Shown: positions 1 to 8,723 of the stretch, piece by piece | Position numbering within the stretch: position 1 is the first letter of the stretch | Layout: every line of letters begins with the position of its first letter | NCBI GenBank assembly: GCA_964195155.1 | Contig: CAXMOP010000015.1 | Coordinates: forward strand, 10,056-74,055 | Direction of reading: 5' to 3' | DNA length: 64,000 bases | DNA from: an uncultured Kiloniellales bacterium | GTDB lineage: Bacteria; Actinomycetota; Acidimicrobiia; Spongiisociales; UBA5794 | Made by a program: the position numbers and the translations under genes | Notes under the pieces: model-generated | What the model saw: the letters and a program-made list of their open reading frames with translations, nothing else | The model's database searches: none | What the model was told of the DNA's origin: nothing

Positions 1-403
1 AACCCGAGCCCTTCGTAGAACTCCTTGGGGCTCCCCGGCCCCGGCACATACGACACGAACAGCCCGGCCGCGTCGGGACGCGTGCGCACGTAGTCGATCA
101 CCAGATCCATGGCTCGCTTCCCAAAGCCGAGGCCCTGTAGCGCTGGTCGATCATGAACCGCCATAGGTAGTAGCGCGGTCGATCATCGTCGTCGGACAAC
201 AACACGTAGCCGACTGGGTCGTCGTCGGCATAGATCGCCCGCGTCCAGGCCTTGGTGGTTACCGCATATTCGGCCATGGACACCGCGTTCGGTGCGACGA
301 AGGACACCTGGTCCGGAGCGACCGCCAGGTCGCAAATGGCGCGCACGTTGGCGCTGTCGATGTCGCGGAGGGTCACCTCGATGTCGGCGCTGAATTTGGC
401 CAT
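1..403 (-). pseudogene. GNAT family N-acetyltransferase, 3' end off-window, apparent 1-nt frameshift
   Basis: ORF 98..403 reads ...YYLWRFMIDQRY then RASALGSEPWIW*. Shifting one base near nt 137 gives QGLGFGKRAMDLVIDYVRTRPDAAGLFVSYVPGPGSPKEFYEGLGF running to nt 1 (GNAT motif A, Q-x-x-G-x-G). Confidence 0.55.
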
Positions 404-430
404 AGGCTGAGGCTATCTCGCCGCGGTCTT

Positions 431-985
431 CTACAGCCGCACCTCGTCGACCACCTCATAGCGGGCCCCTCCACCGCCAAGCAAGCTGCGAAACAGCGTG
501 ATCCGATCGACTTCCTGGCTGAGCGGGAATGACGACACCTGGTCAACGAGACTGCGGACGTCTTGCGGTGGCCGGATCCTGGACAGGGTGAGGTGCGGAT
601 GAAACGGCCGGTCCTCCGGTTCGAAACCGGCCGCCTGTGCGGCCTCCTCGCAGCGCCCTGCGAGTTCGGCAAGCTCCTCGGCACCGCGCCGCACGCCCAT
701 CCACAGGACGGTCGCACGAGCCGGTCGTGAGAACGCCCCGAGCGGACCGAATCCGAGCACGAACGGCAGCGTGAGCGCGTCTTCGTCGAGGAACGCAAGA
801 ACCCGGTCCCGATCGGGTTCCTCCGTTGCTCCGAGAAATCGCAGCGTGAGGTGCCAATTGGCCGGTGGAACGGGCTTGCCGGGGAGCGGCGCTGCCTTGG
901 CTTCGAGGAAGGCAGCGAGCCCGTGCCTGAGCTCGTCGGTCAGGGCCACTCCGAGGAACAAGCGGTCGGTCAGCGGCTCTCCCAC
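431..985 (-). CDS. thpR: RNA 2',3'-cyclic phosphodiesterase (2H phosphoesterase, ThpR/LigT family)
   Basis: 184-aa ORF with the two H-x-T/S-x motifs (HLTLRF, HLTLSR). Overlaps the cinA stop by 16 nt, so the start may be slightly downstream. Confidence 0.8.
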   Translation of the reverse strand: MGEPLTDRLFLGVALTDELRHGLAAFLEAKAAPLPGKPVPPANWHLTLRFLGATEEPDRDRVLAFLDEDALTLPFVLGFGPLGAFSRPARATVLWMGVRRGAEELAELAGRCEEAAQAAGFEPEDRPFHPHLTLSRIRPPQDVRSLVDQVSSFPLSQEVDRITLFRSLLGGGGARYEVVDEVRL

Positions 986-2214
986 TCAACACCTTCGAGC
1001 GACATCCGCAGCCAGTGCAAGGCCGCGGTCGCCGCATAGACCCGCACTCGCTCGCGGTCCCCCGGGAAGTGCAACGACCGGCTCTTGACCCCGTCGGGAG
1101 TGGCCACGGCGATGGCCATCGTCCCTTGGGGCTGTTCCAACGGATCCGGGCCGGCGGAGCCGGTAACACTCACGGCGACATCGACGCCAAGTGTGGGCCG
1201 GGCACCCTCGGCCATGGCGCGGGCAACCGGCTCGCTGACCACACCGTGTTCGGCGATGACCTGCATGTCGACGCCGAGCATCTCCACCTTCAAGTCGCTG
1301 GCATAGGACACAACCGAGCCGCGATACGCGGTACTGGCCCCGGGCACCGAAGTGATCCTCGCCGCAACCATGCCGCCGGTTGCCGACTCCGCGGTGCCGA
1401 GCGTCCAGCCCCGTTGCTCGAGGGCGCGAAGCACCACCACCTCGACGGTGTCATCGTCGGTCCCAAAAATGCGATCGCCCATCCTGCGACGAACTTCCGC
1501 CTCGATGGGCGCGATCATCGACGCCGCCTCGAGCTCGGAATCGGCCTTGGCGGTGATCCGAACCTTGATCTCACCGCTCGATGCCAAAAATGCGATCGTG
1601 GGGTTCGACGATGCGTCGTAAAGGTCGCCGAGAAGCTCTCCGATCGCCGACTCGGATTCTCCCCAGGATCGAAGCAGGCGGCTCGAAACCACGCCTTGGC
1701 CGCTACCGGCGATGGCCGGAAGCACGCTGTGGTCGAGCATCCGCAGCATCTCAGCCGGGACGCCGGGTAGCGCGTACACCGCGGCGCCGCTGATCTCCAT
1801 GGCGATGCCGGGCGCCGTGCCCTTCTGATTCTCGATAAATGAGGCGCCGTCGGGCCGCTCTGCCTGCTGCAGATTCGACTCCGGCATGTCGCGTCCCCGC
1901 TGGCGCCACCATTCGCGGAGCCGGTCGCCCTGGTCCGCGTCAAAGACCAGCGCCACGCCCGCCGCCTGTGCCAACGCCTCGCGGGTGAGGTCGTCCTTGG
2001 TCGGCCCGATGCCACCGGTCATGATCACCGCATCGGCGCGACCGCAGGCCTCCAGGATCGCGGCGGTCATGCGATCCACGTTGTCCCCCACCACGGTCTG
2101 GCGATAGTGATCGAGCCCGGATTCGGCAAGGCGCTCCCCGATGCGCGCCGCGTTGGAGTTGACGATCTGACCAAGCAGCAACTCGGTGCCGACCGCGATG
2201 ATCTCGACGCTCAT
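970..2214 (-). CDS. cinA: CinA family protein (MoCF-binding domain + nicotinamide-nucleotide amidohydrolase PncC domain)
   Basis: 414 aa. N-terminus IIAVGTELLLGQIVNSN...TGGIGPTKDDLT; C-terminal TAESATGGMVAARIT CinA_C motif. Confidence 0.9.
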   Translation of the reverse strand: MSVEIIAVGTELLLGQIVNSNAARIGERLAESGLDHYRQTVVGDNVDRMTAAILEACGRADAVIMTGGIGPTKDDLTREALAQAAGVALVFDADQGDRLREWWRQRGRDMPESNLQQAERPDGASFIENQKGTAPGIAMEISGAAVYALPGVPAEMLRMLDHSVLPAIAGSGQGVVSSRLLRSWGESESAIGELLGDLYDASSNPTIAFLASSGEIKVRITAKADSELEAASMIAPIEAEVRRRMGDRIFGTDDDTVEVVVLRALEQRGWTLGTAESATGGMVAARITSVPGASTAYRGSVVSYASDLKVEMLGVDMQVIAEHGVVSEPVARAMAEGARPTLGVDVAVSVTGSAGPDPLEQPQGTMAIAVATPDGVKSRSLHFPGDRERVRVYAATAALHWLRMSLEGVEWESR

Positions 2215-3536
2215 CCAACAACCGTCGCGGTGAGGTCGGTCCCGTAGCCGCCGGTCACTGTCGCGTTGAGCCAGTCACCGGGCTCCCCCCGGTCGAGGAG
2301 CACGACGCCGTCGATCTCCGGTGCCTCGCGGTAGGACCTGGCGACCGTCTGACCGTCTTCGATCTGGTCCACCACGACCTCGAGGGTGCGGCCGACCTGG
2401 GCGATGGTCTGGCCGGTGGTGATGTCGTCTTGGAGCGACTGCAGATAGCGGGTGCGCTCCGCCTTCTCGGCTTCAGGTACTTGGTTTTCCATGGTCGCCG
2501 CAGGCGTGCCGTCCTCTGCGGAGTATGGGAAGAAGCCCGCCCAGTCGAGCCGCGCCTCGTTGAGGAAGTCGGCCAGGTCTTCGACGTCGTCATCGGTCTC
2601 GCCGGGAAACCCGACAATAAAACTCGAGCGAAGTGCTGCCTCGGGAGACTTGAGGCGAATCGACTCGATCAGCCGCCGGTGGGTGTCGCCGGAGCCGGGT
2701 CGTTTCATCGCCCGCAGCAGACCGGCCGAACTGTGTTGCAGCGAGAGATCGAAGTAGTCGGCGATGCGTTCGTTGGAGATCATCTCTTCCACCAATGCCG
2801 GGCGGATCTCCCTCGGGTACAGGTAGAACAGACGCACCCGGCGCAGCCCTTCGACCGCAGCGACCGCACGCACCAGGCCTACGATCTCGCCCTCACCGGT
2901 GTCGCGTCCGTAGGCGGCCAGGTCCTGGGCGACGAGACCGATTTCGGTCACACCGCTCCCCACTAGCCCGGTCGTCTCCTCGACGATGCTCTCGGGGCTT
3001 CGCGATCGTTGCTTGCCACGGAATTGCGGGATAGCGCAGAACGTGCACAGCTTGTCGCAGCCTTCGGCAACCTTCAAATACGCCCACGGTGTGGCCGGGG
3101 TGGGGCGGCGGGTTTCATAGAGGATGTCCATATGGGAGCGGCGGGCGCTCCCGATGCTGAGCGGCGTCCAGCGGCGCAGGTCGTCCAGCCGATCCACGAG
3201 CTCGGGATACCGGTCGAGCCCGATGATGGCGTCGGCCTCGGGGAGGGCCTCGACGAGCTCGGACTCATAGCGTTGGGCCATGCAGCCAAGCACCACGAGG
3301 CTTGCGTCATCCCGTTTCTCCTCGGCCAGGTCGAGGATGGTGTCGACGGACTCCCGGCGCGCCGGCTCGATGAACGCGCACGTATTGACCATCACCACGT
3401 CTGCGGCCCCGGGCGACGCGGCATGCTGATACCCGGCTGCGTCGAGCATGCCGAGGATCTTGTCCGAATCGACCTCGTTCTTGGCACAGCCGAGCGTGGT
3501 CAGCCAAACCGATGGGGCTTCAATGGATGCAGTCAC
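2211..3536 (-). CDS. rimO: ribosomal protein S12 methylthiotransferase RimO (radical SAM, MiaB family)
   Basis: ORF 2211..3620. TLGCAKNEVDSD N-terminal domain and CDKLCTFCAIP CxxxCxxC cluster. In-frame GTG at 3536 preferred as start. 4-nt overlap with cinA. Confidence 0.85.
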   Translation of the reverse strand: MTASIEAPSVWLTTLGCAKNEVDSDKILGMLDAAGYQHAASPGAADVVMVNTCAFIEPARRESVDTILDLAEEKRDDASLVVLGCMAQRYESELVEALPEADAIIGLDRYPELVDRLDDLRRWTPLSIGSARRSHMDILYETRRPTPATPWAYLKVAEGCDKLCTFCAIPQFRGKQRSRSPESIVEETTGLVGSGVTEIGLVAQDLAAYGRDTGEGEIVGLVRAVAAVEGLRRVRLFYLYPREIRPALVEEMISNERIADYFDLSLQHSSAGLLRAMKRPGSGDTHRRLIESIRLKSPEAALRSSFIVGFPGETDDDVEDLADFLNEARLDWAGFFPYSAEDGTPAATMENQVPEAEKAERTRYLQSLQDDITTGQTIAQVGRTLEVVVDQIEDGQTVARSYREAPEIDGVVLLDRGEPGDWLNATVTGGYGTDLTATVVG

Positions 3537-3558
3537 CGCCGGGTAGCGTAGGAGTCGG

Positions 3559-3705
3559 TCAGACCTCTTCGATACCGTCCATGACGTCGCGCAGCGCGCC
3601 GAGGTGTTCGACCGCGGCAAGGTCTTGTGGGCGCCCGGCCGCTCGCTTCATCCGGATGAGGTCTTCGACATCGGCCACGAGTACCTCGTGGTCTCCCAGG
3701 CTCAT
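3559..3705 (-). pseudogene. possible remnant: C-terminal fragment of a nucleotidyltransferase-type protein (48-aa ORF, below ORF-track cutoff)
   Basis: ATG 3705 to TGA 3559 gives MSLGDHEVLVADVEDLIRMKRAAGRPQDLAAVEHLGALRDVMDGIEEV. The K-x-x-A-x-R-P-x-D-x-x-x-h-x-x-L tail resembles the C-terminus of ORF 55501..55932 (YKEIARRPKDIAHLQAL). No catalytic N-terminal part. Confidence 0.25.
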
Positions 3706-3735
3706 CGCCACCGCCGCTAGTCAATACCGAGTTCG

Positions 3736-4254
3736 CTATATCTGTCGGTAGGCGCCGCGAAAGTAGATCAGCGGGTCTTCGAGGGCGGCGATCGCGACAT
3801 GGTCGATGTCGGCGGTGATCAGCAGCGAATACCCGCTCTCGGCGGCGCTGGCACCGGAGCAGTAGGCCCGGTTGGGAACATCGGTAAGCGCCGGGCCCCA
3901 TTCCCCGTCCTCCACGGCCAGGCCGGCGAACAGGCCGCCCGGACTGGGGCGCTGTTCGGCGAAGACCTCGGAGATCGCTCGATGCTCGGACTCCAACACA
4001 TGCACGATGAACCTGCCGGTCCTCTCGATGACATCAACGAGGTCGGCGGTCGGAGCGGCCAGGAACTGCACCCGGCCCGGCTCGCCCTCGGCGACCACGA
4101 GCGACGACACGGTCATTCCCGCTCGATCCTCGTCGTCGCCCGCGGTGATGACAGTGACCGGCTCGGCCAACCGGCCGCGAAAGCGCCGTACCGGGTCGCG
4201 GTGCTCCATGGGCGTGGCGAACGGGTGCACGTCTTCATGGATCTCACCGGTCAT
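3736..4254 (-). CDS. flavin reductase-like FMN-binding domain protein
   Basis: 172-aa ORF with a typical flavin reductase domain pattern (FRGRLAEPVTVITA...GMTVSSLVV...). Protein-like composition. Confidence 0.75.
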   Translation of the reverse strand: MTGEIHEDVHPFATPMEHRDPVRRFRGRLAEPVTVITAGDDEDRAGMTVSSLVVAEGEPGRVQFLAAPTADLVDVIERTGRFIVHVLESEHRAISEVFAEQRPSPGGLFAGLAVEDGEWGPALTDVPNRAYCSGASAAESGYSLLITADIDHVAIAALEDPLIYFRGAYRQI

Positions 4255-4299
4255 GTGTTTCTCCTATGTCAAGCGAGCATGACACTGAAGCGAGCGTAA

Positions 4300-4323
4300 T
4301 GAGTCGCGAGTCGCGAGTCGCGA
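4300..4323 (+). repeat. heptanucleotide microsatellite (GAGTCGC) x3 plus partial unit
   Basis: Direct reading: GAGTCGCGAGTCGCGAGTCGCGAG. Lies in the divergent region between the flavin reductase and the acyl-CoA ligase. Confidence 0.9.
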
Positions 4324-4363
4324 GCCCGAGCCCGAATTGCTTTTCGTTCAGAGTGGGCGAGAC

Positions 4364-4438
4364 CACGCAGTCCGGCGGCGAGCAGTAACGAATCGCTTCT
4401 CGATAGAGAGGCTGCGATCACGCAGTCCGGCGGCGAGC
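4364..4438 (+). repeat. two identical 20-nt direct repeats (CACGCAGTCCGGCGGCGAGC) 55 nt apart upstream of the acyl-CoA ligase
   Basis: Copies at 4364..4383 and 4419..4438, read directly; 90-165 nt upstream of ATG 4529. Confidence 0.85.
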
Positions 4439-4528
4439 CCCCGCGAGCCGCCCAACAAGCATGGCCGGGAACGCCTCGACGGCGGGTCCGGTAGGGTCGC
4501 CGTGGCGACGCGAGCAAACGAGGATGCA

Positions 4529-6148
4529 ATGCCGCACATGCAGGACGACTTCCCGCTCTTGATGTCCACCCTCTACGACCACGGTGTCCGGCACTACCCC
4601 GATCAAGAGATCGTGTCGGTCGATCCCGACCTGGCGATCACGCGAACCACCTACGCCGAGACCGATCGGCGCGTCCGGCGCCTGGCCACTGCTTTCTCCG
4701 AATCGCTCGGCGTCGCCGCCGGCGATGCCGTCGGCACTTTCGCCTTCAACAACCACCGCCATCACGAGCTGTATTGGGCGACGGCCAACACCGGGGTGAT
4801 CTGCCACACGCTCAATCTCCGGCTCTTTCCGGAACAGCTGGTGTACGTCATCAACCACGGCGGGGACCGCGTGCTGTTCCTTGACGTCAATCTGGCGCCG
4901 CTGCTCGCGCCCATCATCGACGAGCTGAAGTTCGTTGAGCGCTATGTCGTGATGGGCGGCGATGCCGCGGACAGCGGGCTGCCCGACGCCATCTCCTATG
5001 AAGAGATGATCGACGGAGTCTCCGAGCACGGGGCATGGCCCGAGCTCGACGAGCGAAGCCCTTTCATGCTCTGCTATAGCTCGGGGACCACGGGGAACCC
5101 GAAGGGCGTCGCCTATACGCAGCGCTCCACCTATCTGCATACGATCTCGAACCTGGCCAACTTCCCGATCGCGGCGACCGACAACGTGCTGCCGGTCGTA
5201 CCGCAATTCCATGCCTCGGCGTGGGGCTATCCCTTCCAGGCGGTCACCATGGGTGCCAAGCTCACCTACCCGGGCCCCGACCTATCGCCGGAAGGGTTGG
5301 TGAAGCTGTTCGTCGACGAGAAGGTGACATTTTCTGCAGGCGTCCCGACGGTGTGGCTTGGTATCCAGCAATATCTTGCCGACCACCCGGAGATCGAGTT
5401 GCCCGACATGCGGGCCTTCCTCTGTGGAGGGTCGGCGGTGCCACGGGCGATGACCAAGTGGTACCAGGAGAATCGCGGCATCCGGGTCGTCCAGGGGTGG
5501 GGCATGACCGAGACCAACCCGATTGCCTCGGTATCGCTGCTCGCGCCGTGGATGGAGGATTGGGACTTTGAACAGCAACTCGACATCTTCGAGACCGCCG
5601 GGCGCATCGTCCCGGGCCTCCAGTACAAGATCGTTGACGAGGACGGCGAGGAGCTTCCCCACGACGGCGAGGCGTTCGGAGAGCTGCTGATCCGCGGGCC
5701 CTGGATTGCGGGCGAGTACTACAAAGATGATCGAACTCCGCAGTCGTTCGTCGACGGGTGGCTCCGCACCGGTGACGTGTGCAAGGTGACCCCCGAGGGC
5801 TACATCCGCATCACCGACCGCGCCAAGGATCTCATCAAGTCCGGCGGCGAGTGGATCTCGTCGATCGATCTGGAGAACGAGATCATGGCGCACCCGGAGG
5901 TGGCCGAGGCCACCGTTGTCGGCTTGAAGCACGTCAAGTGGCAGGAGCGGCCGGTCGCGTTCGTCGTGCGCATCGAAGGATCAACCGTCACCGCAGACGA
6001 CATCATCGCTTTTGTGACCGATCGAGTAGCGAAGTGGTGGATCCCCGACGAGATCGTCTTCGTCGACGAAATCCCAAAGACCGGCACCGGCAAGTTCGAC
6101 AAGAAGGTTGTCAGAGACCAGTACTCGGATCTGTTGATGGACGCGTAG
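4529..6148 (+). CDS. AMP-dependent acyl-CoA synthetase (long-chain-fatty-acid--CoA ligase-like)
   Basis: AMP-binding motif [19 protein letters not shown]-terminal [13 protein letters not shown] 4529 (MPHMQDD) follows a GAGGA Shine-Dalgarno sequence. The upstream part of ORF 4337.. has non-protein-like composition. Confidence 0.85.
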   Translation: MPHMQDDFPLLMSTLYDHGVRHYPDQEIVSVDPDLAITRTTYAETDRRVRRLATAFSESLGVAAGDAVGTFAFNNHRHHELYWATANTGVICHTLNLRLFPEQLVYVINHGGDRVLFLDVNLAPLLAPIIDELKFVERYVVMGGDAADSGLPDAISYEEMIDGVSEHGAWPELDERSPFMLCYSSGTTGNPKGVAYTQRSTYLHTISNLANFPIAATDNVLPVVPQFHASAWGYPFQAVTMGAKLTYPGPDLSPEGLVKLFVDEKVTFSAGVPTVWLGIQQYLADHPEIELPDMRAFLCGGSAVPRAMTKWYQENRGIRVVQGWGMTETNPIASVSLLAPWMEDWDFEQQLDIFETAGRIVPGLQYKIVDEDGEELPHDGEAFGELLIRGPWIAGEYYKDDRTPQSFVDGWLRTGDVCKVTPEGYIRITDRAKDLIKSGGEWISSIDLENEIMAHPEVAEATVVGLKHVKWQERPVAFVVRIEGSTVTADDIIAFVTDRVAKWWIPDEIVFVDEIPKTGTGKFDKKVVRDQYSDLLMDA

Positions 6149-6242
6149 GACGGGACGCAAGACGCGAGACGCGATTTCGCTTTGACTCCCCCTCAGGTGT
6201 TCTGTCGCGGCGGGTTGCGACACTCGCCGGGTGTGCGGTTCG

Positions 6243-6267
6243 TTTCCTCCCCCGTTGGGGGAGGAAA
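6243..6267. terminator. perfect 11-bp stem / 3-nt loop hairpin between convergent genes (candidate bidirectional, tail-less terminator)
   Basis: TTTCCTCCCCC-GTT-GGGGGAGGAAA between the acyl-CoA ligase stop (6148) and the ftsK stop (6341). No U-tract beyond the stem. Confidence 0.45.
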
Positions 6268-6324
6268 GCAACCGACCGAAGGGAGGCTGACGGAGGGGCT
6301 ACCAGGCCTCGAAAGAGGGGAGGA

Positions 6325-6338
6325 ACGCGACTCGCGAC
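6325..6338 (-). repeat. heptanucleotide microsatellite (GAGTCGC on minus strand) x2
   Basis: CGCGACTCGCGACT on the plus strand, 2 nt after the ftsK stop codon. Confidence 0.85.
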
Positions 6339-6340
6339 TC

Positions 6341-8566
6341 CTACAGGACGGCGCTCAGCTCGTCTTCGGTGATCAGGACCGCCCGCGGCTTCGATCCCAC
6401 CGACGGCCCGACGATTCCCTTGTTCTCCATGATGTCCATCACCCGGCCCGCTCTGGCGAAACCGATGCGCAGCTTTCGTTGCAGCATCGAGGTCGAGCCG
6501 AGCTGACTGCGGACCACGAGTTCGATCGCCTCCCTGACGATCGCCGGGTCCTCACCCTCGAACTCCTCGTTGCTCGCCGCACGCTTCTGCGCCACTTCGA
6601 AGACCTCGGTGTCTGAATAGCGGGCCTGCTGCTGCTCCCTCACGAACTCGACGACCCCCTGCACCTCCGCCTCCGATACCCAGGCGCCCTGGACGCGCTC
6701 GGGCTTCGGCTCTCGCGCCGTAATCACCAGCATGTCGCCGAGACCGACCAGCTTGTCGGCGCCGCCCTGGTCGATGATCACGCGGGAGTCGGTCTGCGAT
6801 GCCACCGAGAACGCCAAACGAGAGGGCACGTTGGCCTTGATCACCCCGGTGATCACATTGACCGATGGCCGCTGGGTTGCGAGCACCAGGTGGATGCCGA
6901 CCGCCCGCGACATCTGGGCAATGCGCACGATCGAGTCTTCGACGATCCGCCCGGCCACCATCATCAGGTCGTTGAGCTCGTCGACCACCACCACGATGTA
7001 GGGGAACCGGTCGTAGCGATCCTCATCGAAGTCGCCGGCGTCGTACCGCTCGCGATAGGACTCGATGTCGCGCACGCCCGCCTCGGCCAGCAGGTCGTAG
7101 CGCCGATCCATCTCCCCTACCGCCCATTGCAGCGCATCGGCGGCCTTCTTGGGGTTGGTGATGACCCTGGTCAGGAGGTGTGGCGCATCGTTGTACTGGC
7201 CAAGCTCCACGCGCTTGGGGTCGACCAGGATCAAGCGGACCTCGTCCGGCCTGGCCCGCATCAGCAGCGATGTGATGATCGCGTTGATGCACGACGACTT
7301 CCCCGCACCCGTGGCGCCGGCGATGAGCAGATGGGGAAGCTCGGTGAGACGGATCATCCGCGACGTGCCGCTGACGTCCTTGCCGAGCGCGACCAGCATC
7401 GGGTCCCGGTCCTGGGCGGCCACCGGGCTCGCCAGGATGTCGCCGAGCGTCACGACCTGGCGCTTTCGATTGGGCACCTCGATGCCGATCGCCGAGCGGC
7501 CCGGGATGGGGGCGAGAATGCGCACGTCCGGTGAGGCCAGCGCGTAGGCGATGTCGTGGGCGAGGCTGGTGACGCGCGATACCTTGACCCCGGCCGCAAG
7601 CTCGATCTCGTAACGGGTGACCGTCGGTCCCGGCACGATGCGGGTCAGGCGGGCGTCGACACCGTGCTGGCGGAGCGAGTCCTCGAGCTCGGATGCGGTC
7701 TGCTCGAGGCCGCGCTTGTTCGCACCCACCGCACTGGTGGACCCCAGAAGCGACAGCGGGGGCAGGGCATACTCGCCGGATCGGCTTGGCGGCGCCGGTT
7801 GCTGTGGCCTGGACTTCTTGGGCGATGACTTCTCCGCCTTCGGGCCTTTCCGTGGTGCGGTCGGCTCCGGAGCGGGCGGTTCGGCGATCACCGGGTCCTG
7901 GTCGACGTGAATGGTCGGCTGTTCACGGGGCAAATCCAGACCCACCCACGAGCGGAAGCGGCGGAGCGAGGAGACGAGTGTGTGGCCAACGTCCCGAACC
8001 GTGGACCGGGTCAAGACCAGCGTGCCGGCGGCGATGACGGCGAACAAGACGATGAACGCCCCCCAGAATCCGATCAATCGTCGCAACGGGAAGGCGATGA
8101 GCGCCCCGGCGACCCCGCCGCTGTCCTGAACCTGATCGACGTTGCCGGCGAGTGCGACCGAACCGGTGAGGAGGTGGAACATTGCGAGAGTGCTGAAGAA
8201 CACCACGACCACACCGATCACGACCCGCCCTGCTTGGAGCCGTGGGAAGATCCCGACCAGGCTGATCCCGACGACTGCAAGGACGATGGGCACGGCGTAT
8301 GCCCAGGTTCCGAACAGGAACATGGCGGCGTCCGAGACCCCGGCACCAAGCGGTCCGGACAGCCCGAAGAACGACAGTGTCACCAACAGCGCGCCGACGA
8401 TCAACACCAAGCCCCAGACGTCGTCGGTCTGGCGCCCGAGGCGCTCCCGGATCCGTTCTCGGCTCTTCCGCAGCGCGTGGGCGAGCCTGGTCCGCATCGG
8501 GATCCGTTTCGATTTTCTAGTCCTACTCCGCCCCTTCGACCCGCGACCTTTGGTACGCGTAGCCAT
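6341..8566 (-). CDS. ftsK: DNA translocase FtsK/SpoIIIE
   Basis: N-terminal TM segments, Pro-rich linker, Walker A GATGAGKS, C-terminal gamma winged-helix (STSMLQRKLRIGFARAGRVMD). ORF extends to 8608; ATG 8566 (MATRTKG) preferred. Confidence 0.9.
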   Translation of the reverse strand: MATRTKGRGSKGRSRTRKSKRIPMRTRLAHALRKSRERIRERLGRQTDDVWGLVLIVGALLVTLSFFGLSGPLGAGVSDAAMFLFGTWAYAVPIVLAVVGISLVGIFPRLQAGRVVIGVVVVFFSTLAMFHLLTGSVALAGNVDQVQDSGGVAGALIAFPLRRLIGFWGAFIVLFAVIAAGTLVLTRSTVRDVGHTLVSSLRRFRSWVGLDLPREQPTIHVDQDPVIAEPPAPEPTAPRKGPKAEKSSPKKSRPQQPAPPSRSGEYALPPLSLLGSTSAVGANKRGLEQTASELEDSLRQHGVDARLTRIVPGPTVTRYEIELAAGVKVSRVTSLAHDIAYALASPDVRILAPIPGRSAIGIEVPNRKRQVVTLGDILASPVAAQDRDPMLVALGKDVSGTSRMIRLTELPHLLIAGATGAGKSSCINAIITSLLMRARPDEVRLILVDPKRVELGQYNDAPHLLTRVITNPKKAADALQWAVGEMDRRYDLLAEAGVRDIESYRERYDAGDFDEDRYDRFPYIVVVVDELNDLMMVAGRIVEDSIVRIAQMSRAVGIHLVLATQRPSVNVITGVIKANVPSRLAFSVASQTDSRVIIDQGGADKLVGLGDMLVITAREPKPERVQGAWVSEAEVQGVVEFVREQQQARYSDTEVFEVAQKRAASNEEFEGEDPAIVREAIELVVRSQLGSTSMLQRKLRIGFARAGRVMDIMENKGIVGPSVGSKPRAVLITEDELSAVL

Positions 8567-8723
8567 GGGGACGACACGATACAAGAGGTTGCCGTCCCTT
8601 CCAACCACCCTCCGCGCGATCTCAACCGCGCAGAGTTACACGCATGTAGTTCGCGGCGTTGTTTTCGCCATTCCGCGGGCCAACAGCGTCATAGGCACCC
8701 CTACCGGCCCTGGGCTGGCAGCG

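Noticed and set aside
618-630. tRNA T-arm-like GGTTCGAAACCGG
   Set aside because: It lies inside the thpR coding frame. No acceptor, D or anticodon arms can be drawn around it.
4337-4528. Upstream extension of the acyl-CoA ligase ORF
   Set aside because: The extension runs through the heptamer and 20-mer repeats and is R/S/P-rich. ATG 4529 has a GAGGA Shine-Dalgarno sequence and the conserved N-terminus begins there.
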